DNA of 18,091 bases from a bacterium (lineage in GTDB: Bacteria; Muiribacteriota; UBA6191). Position numbers and translations under genes: made by a program. Below, one piece after another: positions 1-9,298 of this stretch. Positions within the stretch are counted from its first letter, which is position 1; each line of letters begins with the position of its first letter. The DNA is taken from contig JAYZAC010000104.1 of the NCBI GenBank assembly GCA_036339875.1, positions 1-18,091 on the forward strand, given 5' to 3'. The notes under the pieces are model-generated. The model saw nothing but the letters and a program-made list of their open reading frames with translations. It was not told the DNA's origin and ran no database searches.

Positions 1-20
1 TATACAGTCACTTCTGACAT
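1..20 (-). CDS. 5' end of a gene running off the left edge (MSEVTV...)
   Basis: Minus-strand ATG at 20..18, preceded by AGGAG at 30..26 with 5-nt spacing. Only 6 full codons are visible, so the product cannot be determined. Confidence 0.6.
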
Positions 21-220
21 AAATTCTCCTTAAAAATCTAGGATAACATGCTACTACAAAGGTCTAATTTGTACCAAAGTAGTTCGTCAACAGGATTTAG
101 GACATTATACACTTTAATTGGTAATAAAATGTATGAGAGGAGTGTAGATTTATCTCTAGATTTTTAGGCCGTCTTATTTCACATACTTTGTCAACCGAAA
201 GGAAAGTCGTGGAGGTAAGT

Positions 221-1081
221 ATGAAAACTAAGTTAATCACAGTTCTAGTCGGTCTAAGTATTTTGCAATTGAATCCAGCCAATCGTTTTACCCCGACTCA
301 ATATCAACCTTCTTTCAACTATGAACAAAATTCAGTACCGTCTGCAGACAGTCGCTTTGAAAGAGGCGCTGGTCTTAAAAGACTTCAAAGAATCAGAGCT
401 AAGTTACAGAGCATTAGTCAAAAAAAACACACTAGTTTCAGTGGAAATCAGGATGTAAAGCAATCATATCCGGTAAAGCCATTGAATAATCCTGGCGCCA
501 ATCCTTTTTACTCAGGAAAACATCAAAGTGAAACTAATAATCCATTTGCGAATCCTTCTGTAAATAGAAGTTCTAAAAGTATGCAATCCGGGATATCAAA
601 CGATCAGACTTACTCTGATGCAGCCAAAGTCGTAGAAGAACCTAGAGCAGTTCCTACTCCCGAAGAAGACAGAATTATCAAACTTCTTACAAAATGCGAA
701 AAACTTGGCCCGTTTTTGGACAAAAAGGGAGAACAAGGAGATAAGGCTCGTGAGCTATATGGAAAACATTGTAATGTTGTCATTGAACAGCTAGCACTCA
801 AAGAAAGACTAGATGTATTCTACCGTATCCATGGAACCTATCTTGCAATGATGGGTCGACATGAGGACGCAAACACCTACTTGACGCATTATTACCAGGT
901 AGCTCCCAAAGATTTTGAGAGCAATTACCTGATGATACAGAACTTAGCTGATTTAGGTCACAATAAAATGGCAGTCGATATGCTTAGTTTTTTCAGAGAA
1001 CGTAATCAACACCGTAACTTTAGTATTACTCAGCAAGAAAAACTTCAGAAATTACAGCAATACGCTCAGACTGAAAGGTAA
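221..1081 (+). CDS. Hypothetical exported/membrane-anchored protein with low-complexity linker and C-terminal TPR-like helical region (286 aa)
   Basis: ORF track starts at TTG 188, but ATG 221 has GGAGG at 211-215 and gives a signal-like N-terminus (MKTKLITVLVGLSILQL). The middle is N/S/P/Q-rich. The C-terminal GTYLAMMGRHEDANTYLTHYYQVAPKD and LADLGHNKMAVDML follow the TPR small-residue pattern. Confidence 0.7.
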   Translation: MKTKLITVLVGLSILQLNPANRFTPTQYQPSFNYEQNSVPSADSRFERGAGLKRLQRIRAKLQSISQKKHTSFSGNQDVKQSYPVKPLNNPGANPFYSGKHQSETNNPFANPSVNRSSKSMQSGISNDQTYSDAAKVVEEPRAVPTPEEDRIIKLLTKCEKLGPFLDKKGEQGDKARELYGKHCNVVIEQLALKERLDVFYRIHGTYLAMMGRHEDANTYLTHYYQVAPKDFESNYLMIQNLADLGHNKMAVDMLSFFRERNQHRNFSITQQEKLQKLQQYAQTER

Positions 1082-1082
1082 C

Positions 1083-1595
1083 TCATTCTATAGTTTCGGG
1101 AGCTTCCACTTCTTCAGTGACAGGCTCTCCATCACGAAGTAGGATCACTTTGTCTATAGTAACAGGGTCTAGGGGTCGATCATACATGTCGGTTTCGACA
1201 CTGCCAATTTCTTGCAGTACTTCAATACCCTCCGTAACCTTACCGAAAATAGAATGTCTGTTATTCAAATGAGGTGTAGCCGCTAGAGTTACGAAAAACT
1301 GACTGCCATTAGTATTCGGACCGGCATTCGCCATCGAAAGTACACCGACTCCCTCATGCTTTAGCTCCTCAACAAACTCATCCTTAAAGCGATACCCAGG
1401 ACCACTTCGACCACTTCCATCAGGACAACCACCCTGTATCATAAATCCATCTATAATCCTATGGAAACATAAGCCATCATAGAATCCTTTTTGAATGAGA
1501 TGGCTAAAACTTTTAACCGTATTTGGAACTTGCTCTTCATATAATTCAATTGTCATGGAACCGAGGTTGGTCTCCAATTGTGCATGCAAACTCAT
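1083..1595 (-). CDS. Cyclophilin-type peptidyl-prolyl cis-trans isomerase (170 aa)
   Basis: Motifs FYDGLCFHRIIDGFMIQGGCP, LSMANAGPNTNGSQFFVT and HLNNRHSIFGKV. Start moved from 1616 to ATG 1595, which has AGGAG upstream. No signal peptide. ppiA versus ppiB naming cannot be resolved. Confidence 0.96.
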   Translation of the reverse strand: MSLHAQLETNLGSMTIELYEEQVPNTVKSFSHLIQKGFYDGLCFHRIIDGFMIQGGCPDGSGRSGPGYRFKDEFVEELKHEGVGVLSMANAGPNTNGSQFFVTLAATPHLNNRHSIFGKVTEGIEVLQEIGSVETDMYDRPLDPVTIDKVILLRDGEPVTEEVEAPETIE

Positions 1596-1662
1596 TAAGA
1601 CTCCTAATAAATTCATTTATTTTCTTGTAGACGGGAGGTTATAACAAGACTTTACGAAGAAA

Positions 1663-2562
1663 TCAATTCTGGGACGGTTCCAATTCTTTAACATCGGTAC
1701 CAATTACGGCCATAGGCTCTTCCACGACCTTAGACGCCGTACCCGCTAATTCCCAATTTCCATAGCCCCACCAATATCGCTTTCTTCTCATCAATTCGAA
1801 AGTAATTGAGGTTTTGGCGTAATAACCTTTAAAACGCATGAAAACTTTCTTGTGATGCTTGAAACTAGATTTGTAACCAATGTAAACAATATTTTCAAAA
1901 ATCCATTCAAACTTCTCTTCAAGTTTCAGTGTCTTCAAAATTGCTTTCAACGGTTTTAGAAAATCGATTCCAACATCAACTTTGTGTAATTTATTCTCAA
2001 AAAAAGTCTGTCGATGGATAGCATCGAAATTTTTAATAATTTTGCGATCAAGTTCTCTACCGTATGCATACTGATAACTATCACTTATTTTTATCGGATT
2101 CAATGCTAATAATGCTTGATCAATCAACTGATGTGAATTCTCTGTCCTGCTTCTGTAAGATTCATTTCTATACAATTTTTCAGCCAATAAATTCTTTTTA
2201 ATATTTACGACAAGATCGTTAGTGTGCATTTTTGCCAATGGATCGGCCTTATCTAACCACGATAAAAAATACATTAGTTTTGTCTCATCAAGAAGCTCGC
2301 CCTGTAAAAGAGAGACAAGCCCTTCTGGATCATCGAGTAAGTCTAAGTCTAGATCGACTCCAAATTTTTGGTCTAAGAGTTTTGACCTATTCTCCAAATT
2401 CTTTCGTGACTTGTTTTTGTCGGCTCTAAGGAGCACAAGTCTATCCAGCAATATATCAACCGGCCAAGTTCTGATAGTGTGTCCAGTATCGTCTGCGTAC
2501 TGCACGCCACCGACTAAAAAAAATATTAAAATTAATATGGAAGCAAAATATTTAGATGTCAT
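1663..2562 (-). CDS. Hypothetical protein with N-terminal membrane anchor/signal (about 299 aa)
   Basis: Long ORF. ATG 2562 gives MTSKYFASILILIFFLVGGV, a hydrophobic helix. The ORF-track start at 2634 is a TTG. No family motif recognised; start uncertain. Confidence 0.65.
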   Translation of the reverse strand: MTSKYFASILILIFFLVGGVQYADDTGHTIRTWPVDILLDRLVLLRADKNKSRKNLENRSKLLDQKFGVDLDLDLLDDPEGLVSLLQGELLDETKLMYFLSWLDKADPLAKMHTNDLVVNIKKNLLAEKLYRNESYRSRTENSHQLIDQALLALNPIKISDSYQYAYGRELDRKIIKNFDAIHRQTFFENKLHKVDVGIDFLKPLKAILKTLKLEEKFEWIFENIVYIGYKSSFKHHKKVFMRFKGYYAKTSITFELMRRKRYWWGYGNWELAGTASKVVEEPMAVIGTDVKELEPSQN

Positions 2563-2695
2563 TAATTTTCTTTTGAGAAGCCTTTTATTCTGGAGAAGTC
2601 TAAAAATTTTTCGCAATTTGTCAATCCTTACCAAATTTTATCCATTTTAGAATGCATACATAATGCGGTAGAATTGCGCGTTACAAGGAGATAAG

Positions 2696-5600
2696 ATGAA
2701 TCAAGGCTACTATTTTTCACCACATATCCATTCAGATAAACTCGTATTTTCTTGCGATGATGATTTGTGGTTATTACAGGGTTCCGATACCTTGGCAGTG
2801 AGACTCACCAACGCCTCTGGACGAGCTTCACATCCTTATATTTCGCCTGATGGAAAAACGATCGCTTACCAAGCCAATGATTCTGGTGTTTCTGATATTT
2901 ATTTGATTGAAACCCATGGGGGAGAACCAAGACGCTTGACGCATGTTGGAATTGATCGTCTACTGGGATTCAAAGATCCAGAAACACTTCTCTTCGTCTC
3001 ATCTCACCTAGCTGCCAATCGAGGAATGGGCGAAATATATCAATTAGACCTTGAAACTCTATCTATTCATTCGATGAATACGGGCCCCGCAAATCGCATA
3101 ACGTTTGGAAATAATAAACAAGTTCTACTAGGGAGAAATTGTAGGGATGCTGCACGTTGGAAAAGATATCAAGGTGGAACTGCTGGAATCTTCTATATTG
3201 ATATCAAGGGTGATGGAAATTTTAGTCAAATTCTAAAGAATATTGGTTATAACTTAACCGATCCCCACATACTTAATGAACAACTTTATTTCATAAGTGA
3301 CCACGAGGGTGTAGCGAATGTCTATCGCTCTGACTTGAATGGCGACGACATATGCAGGGTCAGTAATCAGACAGAATTTTATGCCCGAAATCTTAGTGCG
3401 GATACAACCACTAATAGACTTACTTATCACGCTGGCGGAGATTTATACGAAATAGATCTAGAATTAAAAAAAGAAATTAAGCGTATCATCGAAGTAAGAT
3501 CACCTGCTATGCAAGCTCAACCTCGATTCGTTAATGCAAAAGCAAAACTTGATTCTTTTGATGTGCACCCAGAGGGAGACCGACTTGCAGTGGTCAGTCG
3601 TGGACGTTTCTTCGAATTATCAGCTTGGAAAAAGGCACCTAAAGGATATGGCCTAAAAGAAGAATCCAGATATCATCACCCTAGTTATCTCCCAGATGGA
3701 AAGCAAGTAGCAGTAGCCTGTATGAAGCGTGACCAAGAAGAAACATTGAGTATCATCGATCTTGAAAAAGATAGTTATTATGAGGTTGGTAAGAGCTCTG
3801 AATGGGGTAAAATTTGGAGTATAGTTCCCTCTCCCGATGGAGAGAAAATTGCTATAACTAATAATAAAAATGAACTTTGGTTAGCGCGTAAATCGCGTCT
3901 AGGAGAATTTCGTAAAGTAGACAAAGTAGACAGTAATTCTTTTAGTAGGTTTAAGGGACTGAACTGGTCTCCAGACTCCAAATATTTAGTATACAGCGCT
4001 TCAATTGATGATGGGTTTCGTTCTGAAATCAGATTGCTAGACAGCACTAAGAAAAATTCTCGAGCTAAGGCACTTCTAGAACCCGTACTATCAGACTGGA
4101 GTCCTCGATTTCACCCTAATGGTAAATATTTATTTTTTCTAAGTATTCGAGAGTTCCATCCCAACTACAATCAAACACATTTTGATCTAGGGTTTCCATT
4201 TGCGGGACGACCTTATGTGGTTAGCCTAGAAACATCGCTGGAAAATCCCTTCGATCAAATGCCTGAGATACTAGATAAAGATAAGAAATCAAACACTAAG
4301 GTAAATATCGCTTTTGAAGGTATCGACCATAGAATTGTACCTGTAGAACTCGAGCTTGGGGGGTATTTCTCCATCGAAGTTTTGGAAGATAGGCTTATAT
4401 ATTGGAGAAAATCTCCAAAACCTCTCAAGCCTATTAAAAGTTGGAATAAGCATGGAGAAGGGCTGCACTTAGGCCATGTTATGTTTGAAGACTCAAAAAC
4501 AGAGATTTTCCACAAAAATGTTTCTGCCTACGCTCTAAGTTTTGATGGCAAATCCATTCTCATTAATAGCAAAGGTAAATTAAGGCTTATAAGCTCAAAA
4601 GAAACCCCTAAAAGTGGAACCGAGAGTAACAAAAAAGATGGCTGGATAGATCTTGGAAGAGTTCAATTCAAAATCGATCCCAAAAAAGAATGGGCTCAAA
4701 TGTACCGAGAAGCTTGGGTATTACAACGCGAGCATTTCTGGACAGAGTGTCTTTCAGGTATAGACTGGAGCAAAGTATACAAGCAGTATTTACCCCTACT
4801 AGAGAGAATCAAAACTCGTTGGGAAATGTCGGATCTTCTTTGGGAAATGCAAGGAGAGCTTGGTACTTCGCATTGTTACGAAATGTTTGGCGATTATCCT
4901 AAACGTCCGCCTCATCATCCGATTGGTCGTTTAGGTGCCAAATTTGAATGGAACCAACGTCGGAATGAGCTCAAGATTCTGGAGATATTCAAAGGCGATT
5001 CATGGATTAATGGAGCTGATTCTCCTCTTCACGGCATTGGTTCAGGACTCAAAGTTGGTGACTGTCTTCTTGCACTGGATGGCGAAAAACTAGTCTCTGG
5101 GCTGCATCTTTATGAATTACTTGAATCGAAGGCTTCCAAAAAAGTGAATCTGCTGGTCAGGCGGAAAGGTAAGCGTAAAACTGAAGAGATTTGCATAAAG
5201 ACTCTATCTAGCAATACAAAAGCGCTGTACAGGCAATGGGTAAATAAGAATAAGGAGTATGTACATAAAAAATCTGGAGGTAAACTTGGTTACGTTCATA
5301 TTCCAGATATGGGTGTGGCGGGATACAGTGAATTTCATCGTAATTTTCTTTCCGAAATACGACATGAAGGGCTAGTCATCGATGTAAGATATAATGGTGG
5401 AGGACATGTTTCTCAGCATCTCATCAAGACTCTCGCTCAGAAAGTGCTTGCATTCAATTTATCTAGATATCATGGAGAATCTCGATACCCTAGTTACGCA
5501 GTTCCCGGTGCACTTGTGGCCGTAACAAATGAGCATGCTGGATCTGATGGTGATATATTTTCTCATGCGTTCAAATTAATGAAATTAGGAGCATTAGTTG

Positions 5601-5944
5601 GTAAACGTACTTGGGGAGGAGTGATTGGAATTAACAGTCAATATCGATTGAAGGACGGCACACTGACGACTCAACCGGAATATAGTTTCTGGTTTAAGGA
5701 TGTCGGCTTTGCCGTAGAGAATTATGGAACAGACCCAGATATTGAAGTGGAAATCCTGCCACAAGATTGGGCTAAAGGTATGGACCCACAAATAGACAAA
5801 GCCATTGAAGTCGCCTTGACCGATTTAAGTCAGAACCCACCGATAAAGCCAGATTTTTCTAAGCGACCAAATTTATCTCGCCCCGCTATAAAGTCGCTAA
5901 AACAGCAATCTAAGTTATCTGAAAAATCCAAGGCATCTTCATAA
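2696..5944 (+). CDS. tri: Tricorn protease homolog (peptidase S41: beta-propellers, C1, PDZ, catalytic domain), 1082 aa
   Basis: WKRYQGGTAG, repeated SPDG/WSPDSK propeller motifs, GELGTSHCYE (catalytic His), GYVHIPDMG, IDVRYNGGG, HAGSDGD (catalytic Ser codon 5543-5545), GKRTWGGVIGI and VENYGTDPDIEV. AAGGAG RBS. No signal peptide. Confidence 0.95.
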   Translation: MNQGYYFSPHIHSDKLVFSCDDDLWLLQGSDTLAVRLTNASGRASHPYISPDGKTIAYQANDSGVSDIYLIETHGGEPRRLTHVGIDRLLGFKDPETLLFVSSHLAANRGMGEIYQLDLETLSIHSMNTGPANRITFGNNKQVLLGRNCRDAARWKRYQGGTAGIFYIDIKGDGNFSQILKNIGYNLTDPHILNEQLYFISDHEGVANVYRSDLNGDDICRVSNQTEFYARNLSADTTTNRLTYHAGGDLYEIDLELKKEIKRIIEVRSPAMQAQPRFVNAKAKLDSFDVHPEGDRLAVVSRGRFFELSAWKKAPKGYGLKEESRYHHPSYLPDGKQVAVACMKRDQEETLSIIDLEKDSYYEVGKSSEWGKIWSIVPSPDGEKIAITNNKNELWLARKSRLGEFRKVDKVDSNSFSRFKGLNWSPDSKYLVYSASIDDGFRSEIRLLDSTKKNSRAKALLEPVLSDWSPRFHPNGKYLFFLSIREFHPNYNQTHFDLGFPFAGRPYVVSLETSLENPFDQMPEILDKDKKSNTKVNIAFEGIDHRIVPVELELGGYFSIEVLEDRLIYWRKSPKPLKPIKSWNKHGEGLHLGHVMFEDSKTEIFHKNVSAYALSFDGKSILINSKGKLRLISSKETPKSGTESNKKDGWIDLGRVQFKIDPKKEWAQMYREAWVLQREHFWTECLSGIDWSKVYKQYLPLLERIKTRWEMSDLLWEMQGELGTSHCYEMFGDYPKRPPHHPIGRLGAKFEWNQRRNELKILEIFKGDSWINGADSPLHGIGSGLKVGDCLLALDGEKLVSGLHLYELLESKASKKVNLLVRRKGKRKTEEICIKTLSSNTKALYRQWVNKNKEYVHKKSGGKLGYVHIPDMGVAGYSEFHRNFLSEIRHEGLVIDVRYNGGGHVSQHLIKTLAQKVLAFNLSRYHGESRYPSYAVPGALVAVTNEHAGSDGDIFSHAFKLMKLGALVGKRTWGGVIGINSQYRLKDGTLTTQPEYSFWFKDVGFAVENYGTDPDIEVEILPQDWAKGMDPQIDKAIEVALTDLSQNPPIKPDFSKRPNLSRPAIKSLKQQSKLSEKSKASS

Positions 5945-6022
5945 ACTGGAGCTAGAATTTGAAATTAATGCCATTGAAATTCGCTTTATTGCTATTCAAA
6001 CGGATAGTATGATTGATGATCT

Positions 6023-7006
6023 ATGAAAAGTTTGTCTACTGATAATTATTTTGCACCGGCCGGAAAATATTTATGGGATTCTTGGTTCCTCAATGCAAAT
6101 GATGGAGTCCATGCTTTTTATCTTTGTAGCCCAAGAGAAGGAGACCCTGAAGATCGACATCACAATGGTGTAAGTATTGGACATGCCTATAGTGAAGATT
6201 TATATAATTGGACGGATTTAGGGCTGGCATTAAAACCTAGTGATAAGAAATCTGATTTTGACTCTCTTTCATTATGGACAGGCGACATTTTTGAATGGAA
6301 TAATAAATACTATCTATTCTATACAGGTAGACGTGAATCAGAATTTTGGGTTCAACGTATTGGACTTGCGATCAGTGACGATTTGAAGAATTTCCATAGA
6401 GTCAGCAATTTTTGCTTGGAAGCTGACCCAGAATATTACGATACACGAACAGAGTTGAATGAATTGAAATTCCCTCCCGCCTTTCGAGATCCCTGCATCA
6501 TGAAAGATCCAAATAGTGATGAATTTATTATGGTTTTTTCAGCCCGTCACAAAGGTTCCGAAGACAACCTTCACAACGGTTGCATTGGATGGGCGAAAAG
6601 TCGAGACCTTATTCACTGGGAACAGCAAGCCCCTTTACTAGCACCTGGGGGTATCGATCAACTGGAGACTCCCCAACTTTTTTATTACAAAGATTATTAT
6701 TACATTTTATTTAGTACATGGAGCAAAGCATTCTCTGAGCAATGTAATTATATTGCTGGTAGTGGACTTTATGGATTTCGTTCAAAATCACTCGGATCAT
6801 CTTGGGAGCCTTTAAATGGTAACGCTCAGATTTTAGCAAACGGAGAAACACTCTATGACGTTAGAATGGTTTGTTATCGCCAAGACAATATAATTGCTTT
6901 AGGATGGTTAAACTTTGATCAAAATGGAAAGTTCGTAGGTAAACTTTCTCATCCCATACCCTTCTCTCTTAACCATACAGTATTAAAACCAACTTACCAA
7001 TCTTGA
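6023..7006 (+). CDS. Clan GH-J five-bladed beta-propeller glycoside hydrolase (GH32/GH68-like beta-fructosidase), 327 aa
   Basis: Catalytic triad motifs LWDSW (nucleophile Asp), FRDP (stabiliser Asp) and QLETPQ (acid/base Glu). Also IGHAYSEDLYNW and LWTG, and Asp-box-like SxDL repeats. Confidence 0.85.
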   Translation: MKSLSTDNYFAPAGKYLWDSWFLNANDGVHAFYLCSPREGDPEDRHHNGVSIGHAYSEDLYNWTDLGLALKPSDKKSDFDSLSLWTGDIFEWNNKYYLFYTGRRESEFWVQRIGLAISDDLKNFHRVSNFCLEADPEYYDTRTELNELKFPPAFRDPCIMKDPNSDEFIMVFSARHKGSEDNLHNGCIGWAKSRDLIHWEQQAPLLAPGGIDQLETPQLFYYKDYYYILFSTWSKAFSEQCNYIAGSGLYGFRSKSLGSSWEPLNGNAQILANGETLYDVRMVCYRQDNIIALGWLNFDQNGKFVGKLSHPIPFSLNHTVLKPTYQS

Positions 7007-7013
7007 GGACCAT

Positions 7014-7871
7014 ATGAAGCAACGCCCTGGAATGAGTAATGATGGAGAAACTTGGACACTGAAAAAGTTTCATGGTGCAATAAAAGTAGATCAAAACTAC
7101 AATGGCGATCTCGTAGCTGCCTATTTAGATACAGAAACTACTGGTCTGGACCATAGAAAAGAATCTGTAATTGAACTAGGAATTTTGATTTTTAAGATCG
7201 ATACAGATTCGGGCAAGATTACGGAAATTCTTGAAGATTATTCTCAATTTCAAGACCCCGGTCGGCCCATTCCCGAAGTTGTTGTTCAATTAACAGGTAT
7301 CACTGATGAAATGGTTTGTGGACAGTCAATTCGATGGGAAACCGTAAATCAAATGCTCACTACTGTAGATATTATCATCGCTCACAACGCTAAATTTGAT
7401 CGAGGATTTATTGATCCGTTAGTTCCTATAAGTTCGGAAAGAATATGGGCCTGTTCTATGAGTCAAGTTGACTGGTCAGGTACTGGAACTTCTTGCAGAA
7501 ATTTGAGCCATCTCTGTATGGAGCACGGTTACTTTTTTGATAGTCATCGAGCGATCAACGACGTCAAAGCAGGTGTTCAACTTTTATCTTTTGACTCACC
7601 TAAAACAGGTAAACCATATCTGTGGGAATTAAATCAGAATTGCCAGCAATCAGAATTACTGGTGTCTGCTGAAGGTTCCCCTTTTTCAACGAAAGACATC
7701 TTAAAAGCTAAAGGGTTCCGATGGAATGCCCCCAAAAAAGTATGGCAGAAGCGTATCAATACTGCTCAGAAAGATGAAATTCAAGAGTTCTTTGACTCAG
7801 AAATTTATAATCGACCCGGATGTGGGCGATTTGCAGAAATACCTCCAAAGGACCGCTTCAAATCCGATTAA
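7014..7871 (+). CDS. DEDDh 3'-5' exonuclease (DnaQ/PolIII epsilon-like) with small C-terminal domain, 285 aa
   Basis: ExoI LDTETTG, LTGIT, ExoII AHNAKFD and ExoIII HRAINDV. C-terminal KDILKAKGFRWNAPKKVW. RBS GAGGA overlaps the upstream stop codon. Confidence 0.92.
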   Translation: MKQRPGMSNDGETWTLKKFHGAIKVDQNYNGDLVAAYLDTETTGLDHRKESVIELGILIFKIDTDSGKITEILEDYSQFQDPGRPIPEVVVQLTGITDEMVCGQSIRWETVNQMLTTVDIIIAHNAKFDRGFIDPLVPISSERIWACSMSQVDWSGTGTSCRNLSHLCMEHGYFFDSHRAINDVKAGVQLLSFDSPKTGKPYLWELNQNCQQSELLVSAEGSPFSTKDILKAKGFRWNAPKKVWQKRINTAQKDEIQEFFDSEIYNRPGCGRFAEIPPKDRFKSD

Positions 7872-7879
7872 TCAATATA

Positions 7880-7888
7880 TGCTAAAAT
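7880..7888 (+). promoter_or_regulatory. Putative extended -10 promoter element for icd
   Basis: TGcTAAAAT in the 70-nt intergenic gap. No good -35 seen. Confidence 0.4.
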
Positions 7889-7941
7889 CTGCCACCTAAA
7901 TTAATGTGATTATAAAACTTTACATAAACAAGGAGTACTGA

Positions 7942-9234
7942 ATGTTCGAACAACTTGAGATGCCAAATCATGGCGAAACTATTACAGCCAAATCCGATGG
8001 TAGCCTTGTCGTACCAAATCAACCAATAATTCCCTTCATAGAAGGTGATGGTACAGGTCCTGATATCTGGGCAGCTGCCCAAAAAGTTCTTGATGCTGCA
8101 GTAGAAAAAGCCTACGGAGGTGAACGTAAGATTGCTTGGTTTGAAGTTTACGCTGGAGAAAAGTCCTATAAAAAATTTGATTCCTGGTTACCTAAAGATA
8201 CTCTAAAAGCGATTGAACATTACAAAATTGGAATTAAAGGTCCTTTAACTACACCAGTCGGTGGGGGAATTAGATCTATTAATGTAGCTCTGAGACAAGA
8301 ACTCGATCTCTACACCTGTTTGCGTCCCGTTCGATATTTCGCCGGTGTTCCATCTCCTCTCAAGAATCCTGAATATACCAATATGGTTATCTTTCGCGAG
8401 AATACCGAAGATATCTATGCTGGAATAGAATATGACGCTGGTTCCCCCGAATGTAAAAAGTTACTGTACTTTCTACAAACTGAAATGGGAGTTGGCAAAA
8501 TTCGTTTCCCCGAAACTTCCTCTTTAGGAATAAAACCTGTATCGCAAGAGGGAACCGAAAGACTGGTGCGCGCATCCATAGAGTATGCTTTACGTCACAA
8601 GCGTAAATCTGTGACCTTGGTACACAAGGGTAATATAATGAAGTATACCGAAGGCTTCTTTAAAAAATGGGGTTATGAACTGGCCGAGAGAGAATATGCA
8701 GATCACTGCTTCACTTGGTCAGAATACGATCGTATTAAAGAAGACAAAGGCGAGCAAGCAGCCAATGCGGCGCAAGATAGTGCCTTGGCAAGTGGTAAAC
8801 TACTGGTCAAAGACTCTATAGCCGATGCTTTTCTACAACAGATTCTTTTGAGGCCTAAGGAGTATGACGTAATTGCTACCATGAACTTGAACGGGGATTA
8901 TGTGTCTGATGCTCTTGCGGCTCAGGTCGGGGGTATTGGCATAGCGCCGGGAGCGAATATTAATTACGTAACTGGCTGTGCAATTTTCGAAGCGACTCAT
9001 GGAACTGCTCCTAAGTACGCAGGTCAGGACAAAGTGAATCCTGGTTCAGTTACTTTAAGTGGTGTTTTAATGCTTGAGCACCTAGGATGGCAAGAAGCCG
9101 CTGACCTAGTGGTCAAAGGGATTGAGAAATCAATCAGCGCCAAGCGCGTCACTTATGATTTTCACCGTCTGATGGAAGGCGCCACGAAGCTGAAATGTTC
9201 AGAATTTGGTGATGAAATCATAAAGAATATGTAA
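7942..9234 (+). CDS. icd: Isocitrate dehydrogenase, NADP-dependent homodimeric type, 430 aa
   Basis: [79 protein letters not shown] and VTYDFHR (Lys/Tyr and Tyr/Arg NADP determinants). AAGGAG RBS. Confidence 0.98.
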   Translation: MFEQLEMPNHGETITAKSDGSLVVPNQPIIPFIEGDGTGPDIWAAAQKVLDAAVEKAYGGERKIAWFEVYAGEKSYKKFDSWLPKDTLKAIEHYKIGIKGPLTTPVGGGIRSINVALRQELDLYTCLRPVRYFAGVPSPLKNPEYTNMVIFRENTEDIYAGIEYDAGSPECKKLLYFLQTEMGVGKIRFPETSSLGIKPVSQEGTERLVRASIEYALRHKRKSVTLVHKGNIMKYTEGFFKKWGYELAEREYADHCFTWSEYDRIKEDKGEQAANAAQDSALASGKLLVKDSIADAFLQQILLRPKEYDVIATMNLNGDYVSDALAAQVGGIGIAPGANINYVTGCAIFEATHGTAPKYAGQDKVNPGSVTLSGVLMLEHLGWQEAADLVVKGIEKSISAKRVTYDFHRLMEGATKLKCSEFGDEIIKNM

Positions 9235-9260
9235 TATCAAACCTTAATAAACTTATGATC

Positions 9261-9294
9261 AAGGCCCAGTGATATCACTGGGCCTTTCTCTTTC
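9261..9294. terminator. Intrinsic terminator hairpin between convergent icd and ileS (probably bidirectional)
   Basis: AAGGCCCAGTGATATCACTGGGCCTT (9261-9286) is a perfect inverted repeat, followed on + by pyrimidine-rich TCTCTTTC. The minus-strand U tail is weaker. Confidence 0.85.
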
Positions 9295-9298
9295 TAGC

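Noticed and set aside
5959..6000. TTGAAATT direct repeat upstream of the GH-J gene as an operator
   Set aside because: Short and AT-rich; expected by chance in this background.
7901..7925. CRP-like site (TGTGA) upstream of icd
   Set aside because: The second half-site TCACA is absent at the required 6-nt spacing.
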